Below the pieces are notes generated by a model. That model was given only the letters and a program-made list of their open reading frames with translations, ran no database searches and was not told where the DNA came from. A DNA stretch of 59,796 nt, counting the filler, from Sphacelaria rigidula (Eukaryota), in the NCBI GenBank assembly GCA_964200075.2. It is 4 parts of 4 records of this genome, joined end to end, with 100 filler letters (N's around TTAATTAATTAA, not from the genome) between each part and the next. Parts side by side here need not be neighbours in the genome. Positions count along the whole stretch, not along the records: positions 1 to 14,878 come from CAXNAA020002008.1; positions 14,979 to 29,855 come from CAXNAA020002009.1; 2 more parts are not named here. One strand, 5' to 3'. The first letter of the stretch is position 1. The number at the start of each line of letters is the position of its first letter. The position numbers were made by a program, and so were the translations under genes. This document shows positions 11,480 to 23,400 of this stretch, piece after piece.

Positions 11480-11885
11480 ATCCAGGGAGTCTCGTGACCC
11501 TGTCGTGGAAAAGCTCAGAGATCACCCTCAAACTTGGCAGTTTCGTAGACATTCACGCTCTAAATGAAGAAATTGTGTTTTGGCAAGATTTCAAAGTTTC
11601 TCCGTTCTCCACCGACTTCCGGGCAGTCTTTGTACTGTGACCCCCGGAAGGTGGTACAGAATGCCTCGAAAGAAGAGAAGACTATGTGTCCCGGGATAGT
11701 CCAAGAAACACATGTACAAAGTTTGGTCGAGAAACTCGAAAATTCCATACATTTTTTTTGCCTTGATGTAAAATTCACCCGAAAAAGACGTCTCCATACT
11801 AAAACCAAGTCGTGAGGAGTTTGCACATTTTAAGCATGTCCTCCCTCGCACAAACGCGCAAACCTTCACGCAGGTGTTAGGAGTT
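11480..11885. repeat. Dispersed non-autonomous DNA-transposon-like repeat, homologous to 58720-59160
   Basis: Shared blocks include CCAGGGAG(T/C)CTCGTGAC, GAAAAGCTCAGA, CCCTCAAACT(T/C)GGCAGT, GTACAAAGTTTGGT and AAATTCACCC. Confidence 0.7.
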
Positions 11886-11886
11886 G

Positions 11887-13075
11887 GCCCTGAAATTTTG
11901 CACAAATGTGCTATGGGTCACTACGCAAGTTTCGATCGACGAGGTTTTTCTACTTCTTGAAAGTTTGACCATTTTCGGGGGTCCGAAGGGATCCAAATCG
12001 TTTTTTGAAGTCGTCTCGCACGCGACCATTCGGCTACCCCCATGAAATCCTCTATCGCGATGTTCACCCCCATGAAATCCTCTATCGCGATGTTCATCCT
12101 CTAGAGGGTATTTCATCCCTATGTGCGGTCATGAACGAATCCTCTGGAGGGCATTTGATGCTGCAGTAACTTCTGAGGTCTGAATCCCTCTAGAGTATAA
12201 AAAAAGATGGTGCTCTGGAGGGCCGCGCATCCTCCGAATTCCTCCGGAGATATGCGCGACCCTCCAGAGGCAAAACAAGCCTCTGTAGGCGTTTGATTCC
12301 ACCCCTCTGGAGGGGCGCGCACCCTCTGGAAGCGTTTAATTCCTCTGGAGGCTAGAAAAGGTGACTGGAACAGCGTATTTGTGGGGGTAGTCGAATTGCC
12401 GCGTGTGCTCCATTCTGGGATCCCGGAAAGCCGGCGCTACGATGTATATATATATATATATATATATGTATTTCGCAAACGCCCTGTCGCCGCAAAACCC
12501 AAGGAAGAGCCCCACAAAGTTTCGTGACCACACTCGATTCACTGACGCTTGAATTTTCATGTTTATCGCACAAACGCGAAAAACTTAAGGCTCACACGCA
12601 GCCATTTGGCTACCTCCAAATTCCTCCAGGTGGGTAAAATTTTCGAGCCTCCAGAGGAATTAAACGCCTCCAGAGGTTTATTTTTGCCTCTGAAGGGCCG
12701 CGCATACCCCCGAATTCCTCCGGAGGGGTGCGCGGCCCTCTGGGTCGGTAAAGCTTGGCTTCCTCCAGAGGGATTAAAGGCCTCCGGAGGCTTGTTTTGC
12801 CTCTGGAGGGCCGCGCATCCCTCCGGAGGCGTTTTGGGGGTCAGCCAAATGGCCGCGTGTGCCATTTGAGGGAGTGAGACCCTGAAATTTTACGCAACTT
12901 TGAATGAACGAGTTTTTTTTTCTTACCGTTTTACGGGGCTTCGCTTGGATCGAAGTTCGCCCGAAAAACTAGGACCCCCGAAGAACGGTGAAAAAGCAAA
13001 GAGGTGAAAAAAAAAACTCGACCCTCGAAAGCTACGTGATGGCCCATGGCACATTTGTGCAAAATTTCAGGGTCT
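11887..13075. mobile_element. ~1.2-kb foldback element with long inverted arms and arrays of palindromic CCTCYRGAGG motifs
   Basis: GCCCTGAAATTTTGCACAAATGTGCTATGGGTCA (11887) is inverted to TGGCCCATGGCACATTTGTGCAAAATTTCAGGGTC (13039-13073). The inner arms 12210-12360 and 12640-12745 are also inverted copies. Confidence 0.65.
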
Positions 13076-13777
13076 GTCTCCTTAAATCAACGAGAAGTTT
13101 TGCCGATATGTGTTGTTTGGGTCTTTTCCGTGTACCGAAAAAATCCTGTGTGATCATAGATTTTACACTTCAATCCACACGGGTGGCCACTGGGCACCTT
13201 GCGCGTAGGTCGTGCATATCTTATTACGTATCCGTGAGGTGCACAGTCGCCACCTGTACATCAACGGGCTGCACTGTCTACCTGAGGCCTCCAGGATCTA
13301 CGAGAAGGTTCAGTTTCACAGTGCAGCCTGTCAGTTGATATACGGGTGGCCGATCACCGGGCACGTTATCAGAGTACGCTATGAACAATGAAATATGTTC
13401 AACCTACCCGTAGGGTAGGTGCCTAGCGGCCGCCCGTGCATCTTATATGGATATGTTAAATCACTGCTATAAAGCGTGCGGCCATGTCACCTTTAGTCAG
13501 CACAGTTGCAGGTGATGACCGTTTGCTGCATGCAAAATATACACATCAATGAGTTACCGCCATAGCTCCCCCACACACCAGCCGCAGAACTGTCTCGAAG
13601 AAAATGGCCATGTAGCACATAATAACTGGTTTCAGACTTCATGAAGCCCCTCATAATATGGGCGACGTTGGCGGAAACGATCCCAATGATGGGGGTTCCC
13701 AGCTGCTCGGTGTGCTCGGCTTCATCTTTTCGTTCACCTGTACATGTATATTTTGCGTCCTCCAACCAGCCACTTTT

Positions 13778-14765
13778 CGGGGGGGGGGGGGGGGGGCGTC
13801 CTCATTTGTTGCCTGCCTTAGTGGTTTGACCATTGACCACGTATCCCTTTCGAGACAGAGCACCGTTCCTGCTGCTAATAGAGTCACCTCCAACATCCCG
13901 GCGCTCATCATGACGTTTCTTCCATACATTACACAAAACCTTTTACATATCTTATACCCGTCCTGTTTCCCCGTCTGTGGCCATCTATCTCCTAGTATAG
14001 CCATCGTTTTCTCCCTACTGTCCAATACATGAAACGATTTCATGCGACCTTCATTCACGTCCCGCATTTCCCACTCTAGCACGTCCCGTTCCTCCTTGTA
14101 TAATACACATTCTGCCACTATATGACTTTTGCTCTCTATTCCTTTGCCACAGGGGCAATTCTGTCCATCTGCTTCCTCCTGCTTTCGACGACTACAGTAG
14201 TCTACTGGTGAATCTCTTCTTTTTTCTGGCAGGTTCAGGTACTCCACCCGAAATCGCAGTTTCATATTTTTCGCAGCTTCCATTGGGTCATACAAACATG
14301 ATTTCATCCCTATCCCCTCTCTCAACCCCCCGTATATCTCCAGGTGTTCTTCTTCGTCTACCTTGCGTCTCAGCGCTCCTTTTTCCCTTATTCCTATCAT
14401 GTCTCTTACTTTTGTCTGGTACCCCGCGCCTTCATCTACGGACAGTATTTCGGCTTGGTCTTCTCCTATCTCCTTCCATATTTTGTCGAGTTCTTTATCC
14501 CACCTTTTTTCAGCATTCCCTAACGTAGTTTTCTTCCATACAGCCATATCAACTATAGCTGCCAATCCCTTTCTCTGCATGTTCTTTAAGCTATATTACC
14601 ATCGCAATTTCCACGTGTCTCTGTTTGTTATGAGTGAGTACATTCCCAACTCTGCTCTCAAAACTGTATTTCTCGTCGTTTTCGAGCATCCAAGTTTTTT
14701 CTTCGCTGCTGACATCTGACTTGTTCCAACTTCTCCACCATCCTCACGTTCCCCTCCCATACTTG
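13778..14765 (-). mobile_element. 5'-truncated decayed LINE (same family as 30006-32045), C-terminal coding part and 3' end
   Basis: ORF 14580-13651 (MQRKGLAAIVDMAVW...CPCGKGIESKSHIVAECVLYKEER...) aligns with the 31260-32040 translation. It ends in ACAAATGAGGACG followed by a C-run (G-run at 13779-13796 on +). Confidence 0.85.
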
Positions 14766-14878
14766 ACTGCTGCCGAGATAGTCCCCCCCCGAACCGGCCA
14801 AAAAAACAGCGTTTTCGTGAGATTGAGAGTAGATGATACGATTGAGAGTAAAAAAACGGTCAATCAGTGAATGAATCG

Positions 14879-14978
14879 NNNNNNNNNNNNNNNNNNNNNN
14901 NNNNNNNNNNNNNNNNNNNNNNTTAATTAATTAANNNNNNNNNNNNNNNNNNNNNNNNNNNNNNNNNNNNNNNNNNNN
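14879..14978. other. Artificial contig-joining spacer N44-TTAATTAATTAA-N44
   Basis: Exactly 100 nt; the core has stop codons in all six frames and is identical at three positions. Confidence 0.97.
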
Positions 14979-15518
14979 GAACCAGGTGAGGCAACACGAC
15001 GGGGCGGAGGGGGAGGGGTGCAGGGGATGCAGGGGGGGGGGGAAGGGGGGGAGGGGGGACAACACGCGGGGGAAACGGGGGGAGCCGCGGGGGCGGGGCG
15101 GGGGGAAGGGGGAACAACACGCAGAAGCACACACGCGCAGGAGGGATAGGGGGACCGGGGGGAAGGGGGACGACAAGGGGGGGGTGGGGGGACGTCGCAG
15201 GGGGGCGTCTGGGGAGGGGACGCGACGGGGGATTCCGTCAACACACATGGAGATTTCCAAGCAATCTGCGGGTCGGACATAACTAGGGACGAAATGTGAT
15301 AGACGGGTGTACACGGGGGAAGAGAGGGTTGGACAAGTGGCATACGTGTACTCCTTGCATACACCCAACTCAAGATTTACTTGACCACCCTGGCAAGCGG
15401 GGTGGAGGAATACCCCTTGGAAGGAATAAAATATACACGGGCACCGACAGTGGGCTCTTGTCTTTTTCTTATATGCAAGGCCAGCCGTTTATACATAAAA
15501 CACGCTGTGACGAACCAC

Positions 15519-18500
15519 TCACCTCATTGGAGGGCGATTTCCTTGCCCGTAACCGTTGTCGTGAGCGGGCGAAGCAAGTTGTCTGTGATTCACAGGGGCC
15601 TGTAACAACCCGCCGCCGCCACCCCCGCCTCCATATCCCCCTGCCCCCCTCCCCCCCTGGCCTGCACCGCCGCCGCCACCCGAGCCGCCAACGCCCAGGC
15701 CGCCTCCGCCGCCCCCCTGTCCTGGTCTCCCGGAAAAATTCGGTCGTCCGCCATATCCACCACCCATAGACCCACCGTAGTTCCCAGTAGGGCCTCGGTC
15801 CGAGGAGTACGGTATGTTGCCATAAGGTCCCCCCTGCTGAGGGGACATGACATTTGGGGACGGCGCGTAGTATCCACCGCCACCACCGCCGCCTCCGCCC
15901 GGTTGTTGCGGAGACTGAGGAGGCATGGCAGCACGAGAGTTGTAACTTCCTACGCCTCCTACACCGCCCAAGTTTGATCCAGCGGCGCTTGCACCTCCGG
16001 ACGGCATCCCTCTGCCGGGTGCTCCTCCCCCGCTGCCCCCGCTGCCGCTTCCGTCTTCTCCGCCCCCGGTAGAGTGAGGCGGTGTCATATGAGGGTACCC
16101 CTGTTGCCCGTATGGTTGATGCTGCTGCGGCGAAGGGTGATTGAAAGACTGCTGAGGGTACGGGGCAGGCGGTCCGTGGCCAAAAGGTGGGGGATAGCCA
16201 CCCTGCTGGCCGTAGGTCGTCGATGGGGGTGCAAAACTGCCGCCACCCGAACCCACCGCCGGCGTGGTGGCAACACCGCCAGCGGTAGCGCCAGCATTGA
16301 GGGCGGGTGGTCCGTAACTCCCCGCAGTTCCGTTGTTGTACGGCGGCTGTTGCTGCTGCGGCGGCGGGGGGTATCCCGACTGTGGGTTCGCCCCGTATGG
16401 TTGCTGCGGCGGGGCGGTGTACGCGCCGCCATAGGCTGACTGTTGCTGCTTGTGTTGTTGCACAGCAGAGTAAGGGGAATACTGCTGCTGTTGCTGCTGC
16501 TGTTGCTGCTGCTGCTGGGGAGAAAACCCCTGGTGTTGGGGATTCGCGGGCGCGTGATGCGGCGTCGAGTTTGGGCCCTTTGCGTGACTGGGAACTGCAA
16601 GAGACGATGCTGGGGTTGCTCCCAAGGTTCCGCCGCCGCGGTGGGGAGGGACGGGCGTACTGCCTGGAGGTAAAGCCCCCTCCAACGGAGGGCCAATGTT
16701 GAAATCCCACGATCGCTCATTGTTAGCCTTGACGGTTACGTTTTGGAGGTTACTGTAGCCCACTCTAATCAGGTTGCATCCCGAGTACATTTCCTGCAGG
16801 TCGCGTGAGCAAAAGAGCACAAGCGGGGGCGGCAAGAGTGAAACGGGAATGTGGGGATCACAGAAGCATAACCCGTTTGGTTTATGACGGTTAGGGGCAT
16901 CACACATGTTTCCCTGGTCAAAAGGATGCTACCGGCATCCAACCATTATCGCACTACCGTAATATCGTGCCTGCCGCCAACACTTTTGGATATATTGCAC
17001 CTCGAGCGCCGAGTCTGGACATTTTCATTTCTGGACCAGTGTAAGTGTTGGGCACGTAACAGCCGTTCATCTTCCAACATTAGCATGACCACGGTATATG
17101 CCGCCCGTCAAGGTTTCTGGAGATCGGGGAGGCAAGCCGACGGCAACGCCAGCAGGTATATTTTTTCAGGTAGGAGGTGCATAGCTTCCGTACCCAGTCG
17201 ATGCACACGTAACCGTTACTGCACAAGGTATCTTTCATCAATGTTGGGGGGTTTCACATGTGTTGCTGAAAATTCAACCTTGTGCGGTGTATGTCCCCCT
17301 CCATCCCTGCTCACCGTCTGTCGCTTTGGTGCAGGGAAAAATGGTTCCGAGTTCCCCACGGTGATACCACTGCTACGCGTTCAAGGGTTCACCCAGTCAC
17401 ACACATGACGGCATCCAAGTACCCTCTGTACAGACACCACGACACTTTGGAAAGTACAACACAGGGGTTGTCTTCACGTGCGCGCTTGCATCTACGCTGA
17501 CAAGCTGCTCACGGAGGGAAAATGGCCCGGTGCGAGGTGCTCCAGATGTTCTGCGGCCAACGCCATTTGTGTGTGTACATTTCGGTTGACTCAAGCTCAC
17601 CATCGAAGAAGGGTTCACTCATCTAGTCCGCACGGGGATTCCACCAATAAATGGCCGGAGCCCCACCGATACTTTCTACTTCGATCGACGAAAGTCATTG
17701 CGTAAATACGCAACAGCGAAGCATAACATACACATAACGGCCACCAGCGTGCTACAAGTAACCCCGACGGCCAAAGGTGCATCGCCAGCCACAAAAAACA
17801 AGACGCACTGAACAGAATTTAACAAGCAAAAAACATGCAACTGGACAGGACCTCGGTCTGTCAGGGCACAGACGGTGCAGCACGGTTGTTATCTTCCTGT
17901 TTTTTCACCCGTGCTGCCCGAGGTACGCTGTGAAGAAAATATAACGTTGCTGTGCATAGGGGGCGACGGTACTCGATAATACGGAGAGGCCGCGATTCGC
18001 AGCCCTCACAAATGCGTAGATGGTGTATCTACGCAAGTGCCGTGCGCTTCACATGCGGAGAAAACTTTGTACATGAAGGTTTTTGAAGTATGAAGGAGAG
18101 TGCCGGGGGCAAGCCAGCGGCGGAATTTTTTCCTGCGCTGATTATTTCGGAGGCCTCCTCGTTTTTGTGCTTCACCACTGGCAGATGGATACTGGTGTGA
18201 CCGTGTTCCGAGTATTGAGGGCAATGGCCCGTCATGACAGACAAAAGTAGTTAGTGCAAAGCGTTGCAGCAGACGGAATGAGTCGTGCTGTCTAGCAATG
18301 TCGCACCCACCACTTTTCTTGTTGACATTATTTTGTCAGATTCGGGTCACCAAATTACGCAACACATGCGCAACCGACTCACGAATTAGTTGTCGATACT
18401 ACGGCCGTACAGACAGTCCTACAGAGCAGTTTGCAGTTTTTGTTGGAGTAGAATAGCAGCTGCGTGGTTAATGGTCCTGCGCGAAGTAGATGTCCGCGTG

Positions 18501-19784
18501 CAAAAATATGCCAAAATGATGAAATGTTAGAAATATTCTTCCTTGTATTTTTCGGAGAGGCTTTGTGTCATGTTTGTCAGATGGGGGACGAGCGTAATAC
18601 ACCTGCATATCCGCGGCTTCGTGTGCGTTCATGGCCGTGTAAACGTCGTTCATCTGGACCAGCGCCTGGAAGCCCGAGCCCTTGTCGAACATGACGATCT
18701 TGTTGACTTTACCGAACCTTGAGAAGATTTGCTGCAACGCTAGGATGGTCACCTGCGTGTCAACATAAGCATGCGTTAAATTTGTTTCATCAAGGGGATA
18801 CGAGACAGCCGAAATACCCGATCCCAGCATCGTCAGTTGTCGCTGTGGGGAGTCGCATGTTTCGACAAAAATACTACTGTAAATCGTCACAGCACAACAG
18901 AGCTCTTGAGGAAAGTCACCAACACATCCGCCAAAAGCTCACGAGAGTGCATTCGCAGGGGTATGGGATGAAGTTAGCGAGTTATGGGCGATATCGCCGT
19001 CGGATCTACGTACTGGCTAGTATCTACCCGGTGAATAGGGGGGGTACTGCACGAGGCCGAAAGCCTTTTTTCATGCCCGCGGCTTGTCGGTTCATCCTCA
19101 TCAAAAGAGAGAGTCCAGAGCAGAAGGAATCGACACACCACACATCATCGCGGTCCAACATTGGTTGGCCTCGTTCCGCTGATCTCCAATCTGAAGACAT
19201 GACCAACACAGAAGAGGAAAGCTGGGCATCCATCACATGGGGTACACACACACTGAAAGCGACTTCATTTGTCCCAAATACCCGCGTCTACCTCTTCCCA
19301 ATATCGGATCACCTTTCACAGAGGCTGACGCTGTGAGATTTTTGACGCCGGATGACAGGGGCTTTCGCAAACGAATAATCCATTCATAATAAAAAAGGCA
19401 CAGGGAATAATCAAACGCACACAAGCACAGCCCAGGCTCCTTTACAGGAGACATGACAGGAGAGACATCACCCCCCCCACCAGATTTCGAGATGATGCAG
19501 CATCGTCTCCCACAACATTTTGACAGGACACGAGTGTAAGGGATCGCGTACCCCAAGCCTTCCCCCAAAAATGATGGGAAGTGCAATCAACGCAAATGTG
19601 TCCTAGTGCCCGCACTTCCTTTGCTCACCGGATGCACGATGTCCGTGACTCGAACCAACAAAACATTGCCGGGCTGCTCCTGCCCGGGGCGAAGGATCTT
19701 GGCGTCCCGATGCCCTAGACCATCCCCTCCCTCGAATGCCCCCCCGGATGAGGATGCGGGAGGTGGTCGCTTGTTCGGATTCAT
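15519..19784 (-). CDS. RNA-binding protein with one PTB/hnRNP-L RRM2-type domain and a long Gly/Pro/Gln/Tyr-rich low-complexity tail, ~526 aa; exons 19784-19629, 18752-18603, 16793-15519
   Basis: Phase-0 GT-AG introns join PGNVLLVRVTDIVHP | VTILALQQIFSRFGKVNKIVMFDKGSGFQALVQM...AADMQ | EMYSGCNLIRVGYSNLQNVTVKANNERSWDF. This is the PTB RRM2 signature (VLKIITFTKNNQFQALLQ...[30 protein letters not shown]). The stop codon overlaps a consensus donor (AG|GTGAGT at 15523), so a further 3' exon is possible. Confidence 0.85.
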
Positions 19785-20456
19785 CTTTTTGATATCCCTT
19801 ATTTGCCACTTCTATCACAGCAAGGCACTCTCTCCAGTGTAGCAGACGTTCGTAGACGGGTGTGTTTGCTGAGTTTCGCAGCCCTCGAGAGAACCAGGAA
19901 TTTACGTTGATCTACGGGTATTGATGCTAAAGATGAAGTTAGAGAAAGTGAGGTACACTGCGATCCATTTTACTCAATTGTCCGACTAGTGCTCATGCAA
20001 AATAACACCGTTACTTCCAAACCCTTTAGCCTTCAAAATGAAAGGAATGGGCTATATGTGCTGGCTATTCGGCGGGAGATAAGGGAGTAATAGTGATTAA
20101 AAAATCACGAACGGGTACCGAAATACCAACACTGGCAAAATCCATTTTTGCCAGACGCCAAACGTGTGGGCAATGACTCTACATCTTATATTCGGCAAGT
20201 ACACGGCTTGTTTTAAAGGTTGACCTCCGTCGGCTGTTGGGTGGTTCTCTGATTCAGCTGTTACACTTCACAAACAAGGCTGCTGGACAAGGGGTCGAGA
20301 GCAGCCAGCAACTGAGCAGGATATATACATATATGCACTCGAATATATAGTCACATATACTGCGAGGCTGCAGTATAACCGTCTTGTGCCCGTGCCAGCA
20401 AAACTTTCTTTCGGTGGTATTCATTTTTTTCAAAAAGGGGGACACAGAGAAAAACA
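19785..20456. promoter_or_regulatory. Divergent promoter region shared by the PTB-like gene and DNAJC2
   Basis: 672 bp lie between two head-to-head predicted start codons. Confidence 0.5.
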
Positions 20457-23400
20457 ATGGCGGTGCTCGCAACTCCAAGCACCCAAAAGGTTGCGTGCTT
20501 GACATGGCACACTGATGATAAAGAAAGCACCGTCCAGGTGGAGAGCTGCGGCAGGAGCTACTGGAGTTTCCTGCAGCGTGCACGTGCCATCGACAGCAAG
20601 CAGCTCGGCAACGTCAGTGCTTTGCGAGTGGACTCTGGGCCTGAGGAAGAGGTGAGGCCTACTTTACGTAGTGATGGACATCCCTGTGCGGTGCGATACG
20701 TCCGCACTGATGACTCCTGACTTCTGCCTGCCTTTTGTGCGGTTGCGTCGACCCTGTACTCGTGAAGGTGTGGCAATAAGAGGGTTAGATGAGACTTTTG
20801 CAGGTTGAGAGGTAAGAATAGATGTTTCTACCACGTATAATGCCATGTAGAAGAAATCTCGTTGGTGGCAGCCTGTCGGTGCTGTCGCCGTTTTCCGTCT
20901 GCGCACACACATGTCAGCTTTTCTGTGCTTTTTGCGGCCAGACGGGCAGGAACAGTTGTAGTAGACGATTGGGTGATGCGGGTTTTTTCAAAACGCGTTT
21001 TAGGCTGGGTGGGTGGGGGGGGGGGGGGGTTGAGTGCAGTCACCGTCGCATGGCAGTTGTTTGTGTGGTCCGACGTGCCAATGCAGCAGCTGAGTGTCAT
21101 CCCATTTCATTTCGCCCAGGGTATTGGGGTGAGACCCCCGCTGCGCGATTCTTCCGCAAATGGGCTGTCGAGAAAGGCTCGTTTAAACAGTAGTGGTTAC
21201 AGGTGTAATCGCAGTTACGAGTGCACAGCATGGGGTATCTCGATGAAAAACACTGACACTACAAGGCGGATCGGACAAACAACAGAGGCGTGTGACGTTA
21301 CTCGACGTAGTCCCTATTGCAATTTCTGCGGTACTTGATGTTTTTTTGTGAACCAAATACTTGGCCCGACATCGCAACGGTTAGTGTTCATGGGACCTGC
21401 TCACATGTCGTATTTGTCCCGGTGTACTGGTTTGTGAGGCACAGTTCCAGCGACAGCTCAGTACAGCTCGAACATTCAGGCCTACCCGATGGTTTCTGCG
21501 GAATAAGGAACAGCATGTGAGCGTACTCGACCGAGTATTTAGTCTCACCCCATGCGATGTCGCGATGCGGGGAGAGCTAAAAGTTAGCATCTGCGTTACA
21601 CACTCTTTGTGGGCATGTGGTGTGGGTGTCCCGGAGCAACTCCCGCAAAAGCTCATTGAGGTAGGAGTTTACGCCGTAGAAGACAACAGTAGCTACCGCA
21701 TCTCCCTACCCTGCTCAATCGCGTCCGTTCACGCTCACGTGATTTGCAGTGAATGTCGACTCATATCTCCCTCGTATTTGACGTCTCACACTCATTAATG
21801 AATTCGTACGAGCTGCATGACATGACTTGCCGCGTCGTGCGCAGCCCAGTTACAGACGGAGCCCTTTGAGCCTCGGAAACTGTCCACAAGCCGGGTCGAC
21901 TTGAAAATGGATTTAAGCTGTCGCAGCAATATCTCATCGACGCAGACAAATCGACCGTGATCCGCACGATGTTGATCGTCTCAACAAGGGGCACGTGCCC
22001 ATCTACTCAACAGCTTGGCCGGATGCTTTCTCGTTAGTTGAACGCCATGGCGAGTAAATCCCGTTACGGATGAGGTTAACTGGAAGCAGAAGGCCACAAA
22101 CGAAACCCCGTCACATAATCAGCGGATGAAGCTGATTGTGGTTTGAACCAACAATCCTTGGGCCACGGGGAACCAATCGATACCCTCACTTTCATCTCAT
22201 TTATATGTCGAGAGATGGAGCTTGGTAGAAATTCCGTACTGAATTCAATGTTACGAGGAAAGGCACTAAATGCATGCACTACTGTATCACTTTTGTATTG
22301 CATTCTTACCCCCAAAAAACAAGACGAAAACGAAAAAATCGGAACAGAATCTGACATATTTTCGCCCCAGTAGGCACGCACACACTGCGTGACCCCAGAT
22401 TCAGCAAGATGAGGTTGTTGTCTGTTGTCTACATGACATGTGGTCCAAGTTTCAGCGCGTCAAAGCACTGACAGTGCTTGCATGGCGATGCCTTCTGAAG
22501 CGAGCACCTCTACAGGTGATACCAAGTTAGGTACCGCGTAGAATGACATCGTCCAGAATGTGCCCAAAACGGATCGATGCTTGTTTGCTGAGTCAAGAGC
22601 CACCCAGTAGGTCATGATGTGGAAGTGAGCGCATCTGCATGTCAACGTATGCATCCACCGACGTCTCACGCAGTCTGGGCCGAGGGGACTCCGTCTTGAG
22701 GACGTATCGATGACATTGCCCAAAATCCGTATTCGCTTAGTGCGTCTGGTGCACCACGTAAAACGTGCCGCCCATCCGGGAATATGCTGTTTGTGTTGTC
22801 TACCTCTGTGTCGAGTTTTAGGCTGGTTCGCTCAGACCCGGCGGAGAAATCCACAAGCAAGGTAACGCTTGACTTGTACTAAGAATACAGTACTAAACCA
22901 TCCAAAGATACATGAGATTCGTATGATTCTTGTATGCGGGCATCTTGGCATTTGAGTTGCATTTTTTTTTGCGTAAGACCGACTCTAATGGAAGCCGTTC
23001 GAAATTCTTGTTTAAAACTGCCTTTTTGGCCCACGAGATCGTCCATCCCCGCCGACCACAATAGTGACCCTAAACCCAAATCCCTCCCTCGATATCTCCA
23101 TTTCTTTCTCTCGCTTTTCGCACTTTACTCTTCTTGATGGTGTGAACAACTGCAGGAGGTTGGGGAGGAGGTAGAGTTTAACCTCCGTGATGATCTTACC
23201 CCAGAGCTCGTCCCTGAGCTGACGCACTACGAGATCCTCGGGTTCGAGAAGTATGGAAGCGGCGTCGGCGACGATGGCCTGAAGCAGGCCTACCGCAAGG
23301 CTGTGCTCAAGTACCACCCGGACAAGACGGGTAGCCAAAAGGGGGAAGAAGATGAGGTTCGTGGGGAAAAAAGGACGCACACCCTGGAGAATGGCCCCTG

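Noticed and set aside
13651-14580. 309-aa ORF as a host gene
   Set aside because: It is the C-terminal part of the LINE family also present at 30006-32045 and reads through the element's C-tail.
14923-14934. TTAATTAATTAA as a biological motif
   Set aside because: It is a synthetic six-frame stop linker embedded in Ns and repeated identically three times.
15296-16720. Multiple long overlapping ORFs on both strands (e.g. 15469-16710, 16085-16720, 16307-16702)
   Set aside because: They are shadow frames of the GC-rich low-complexity exon of the PTB-like gene.
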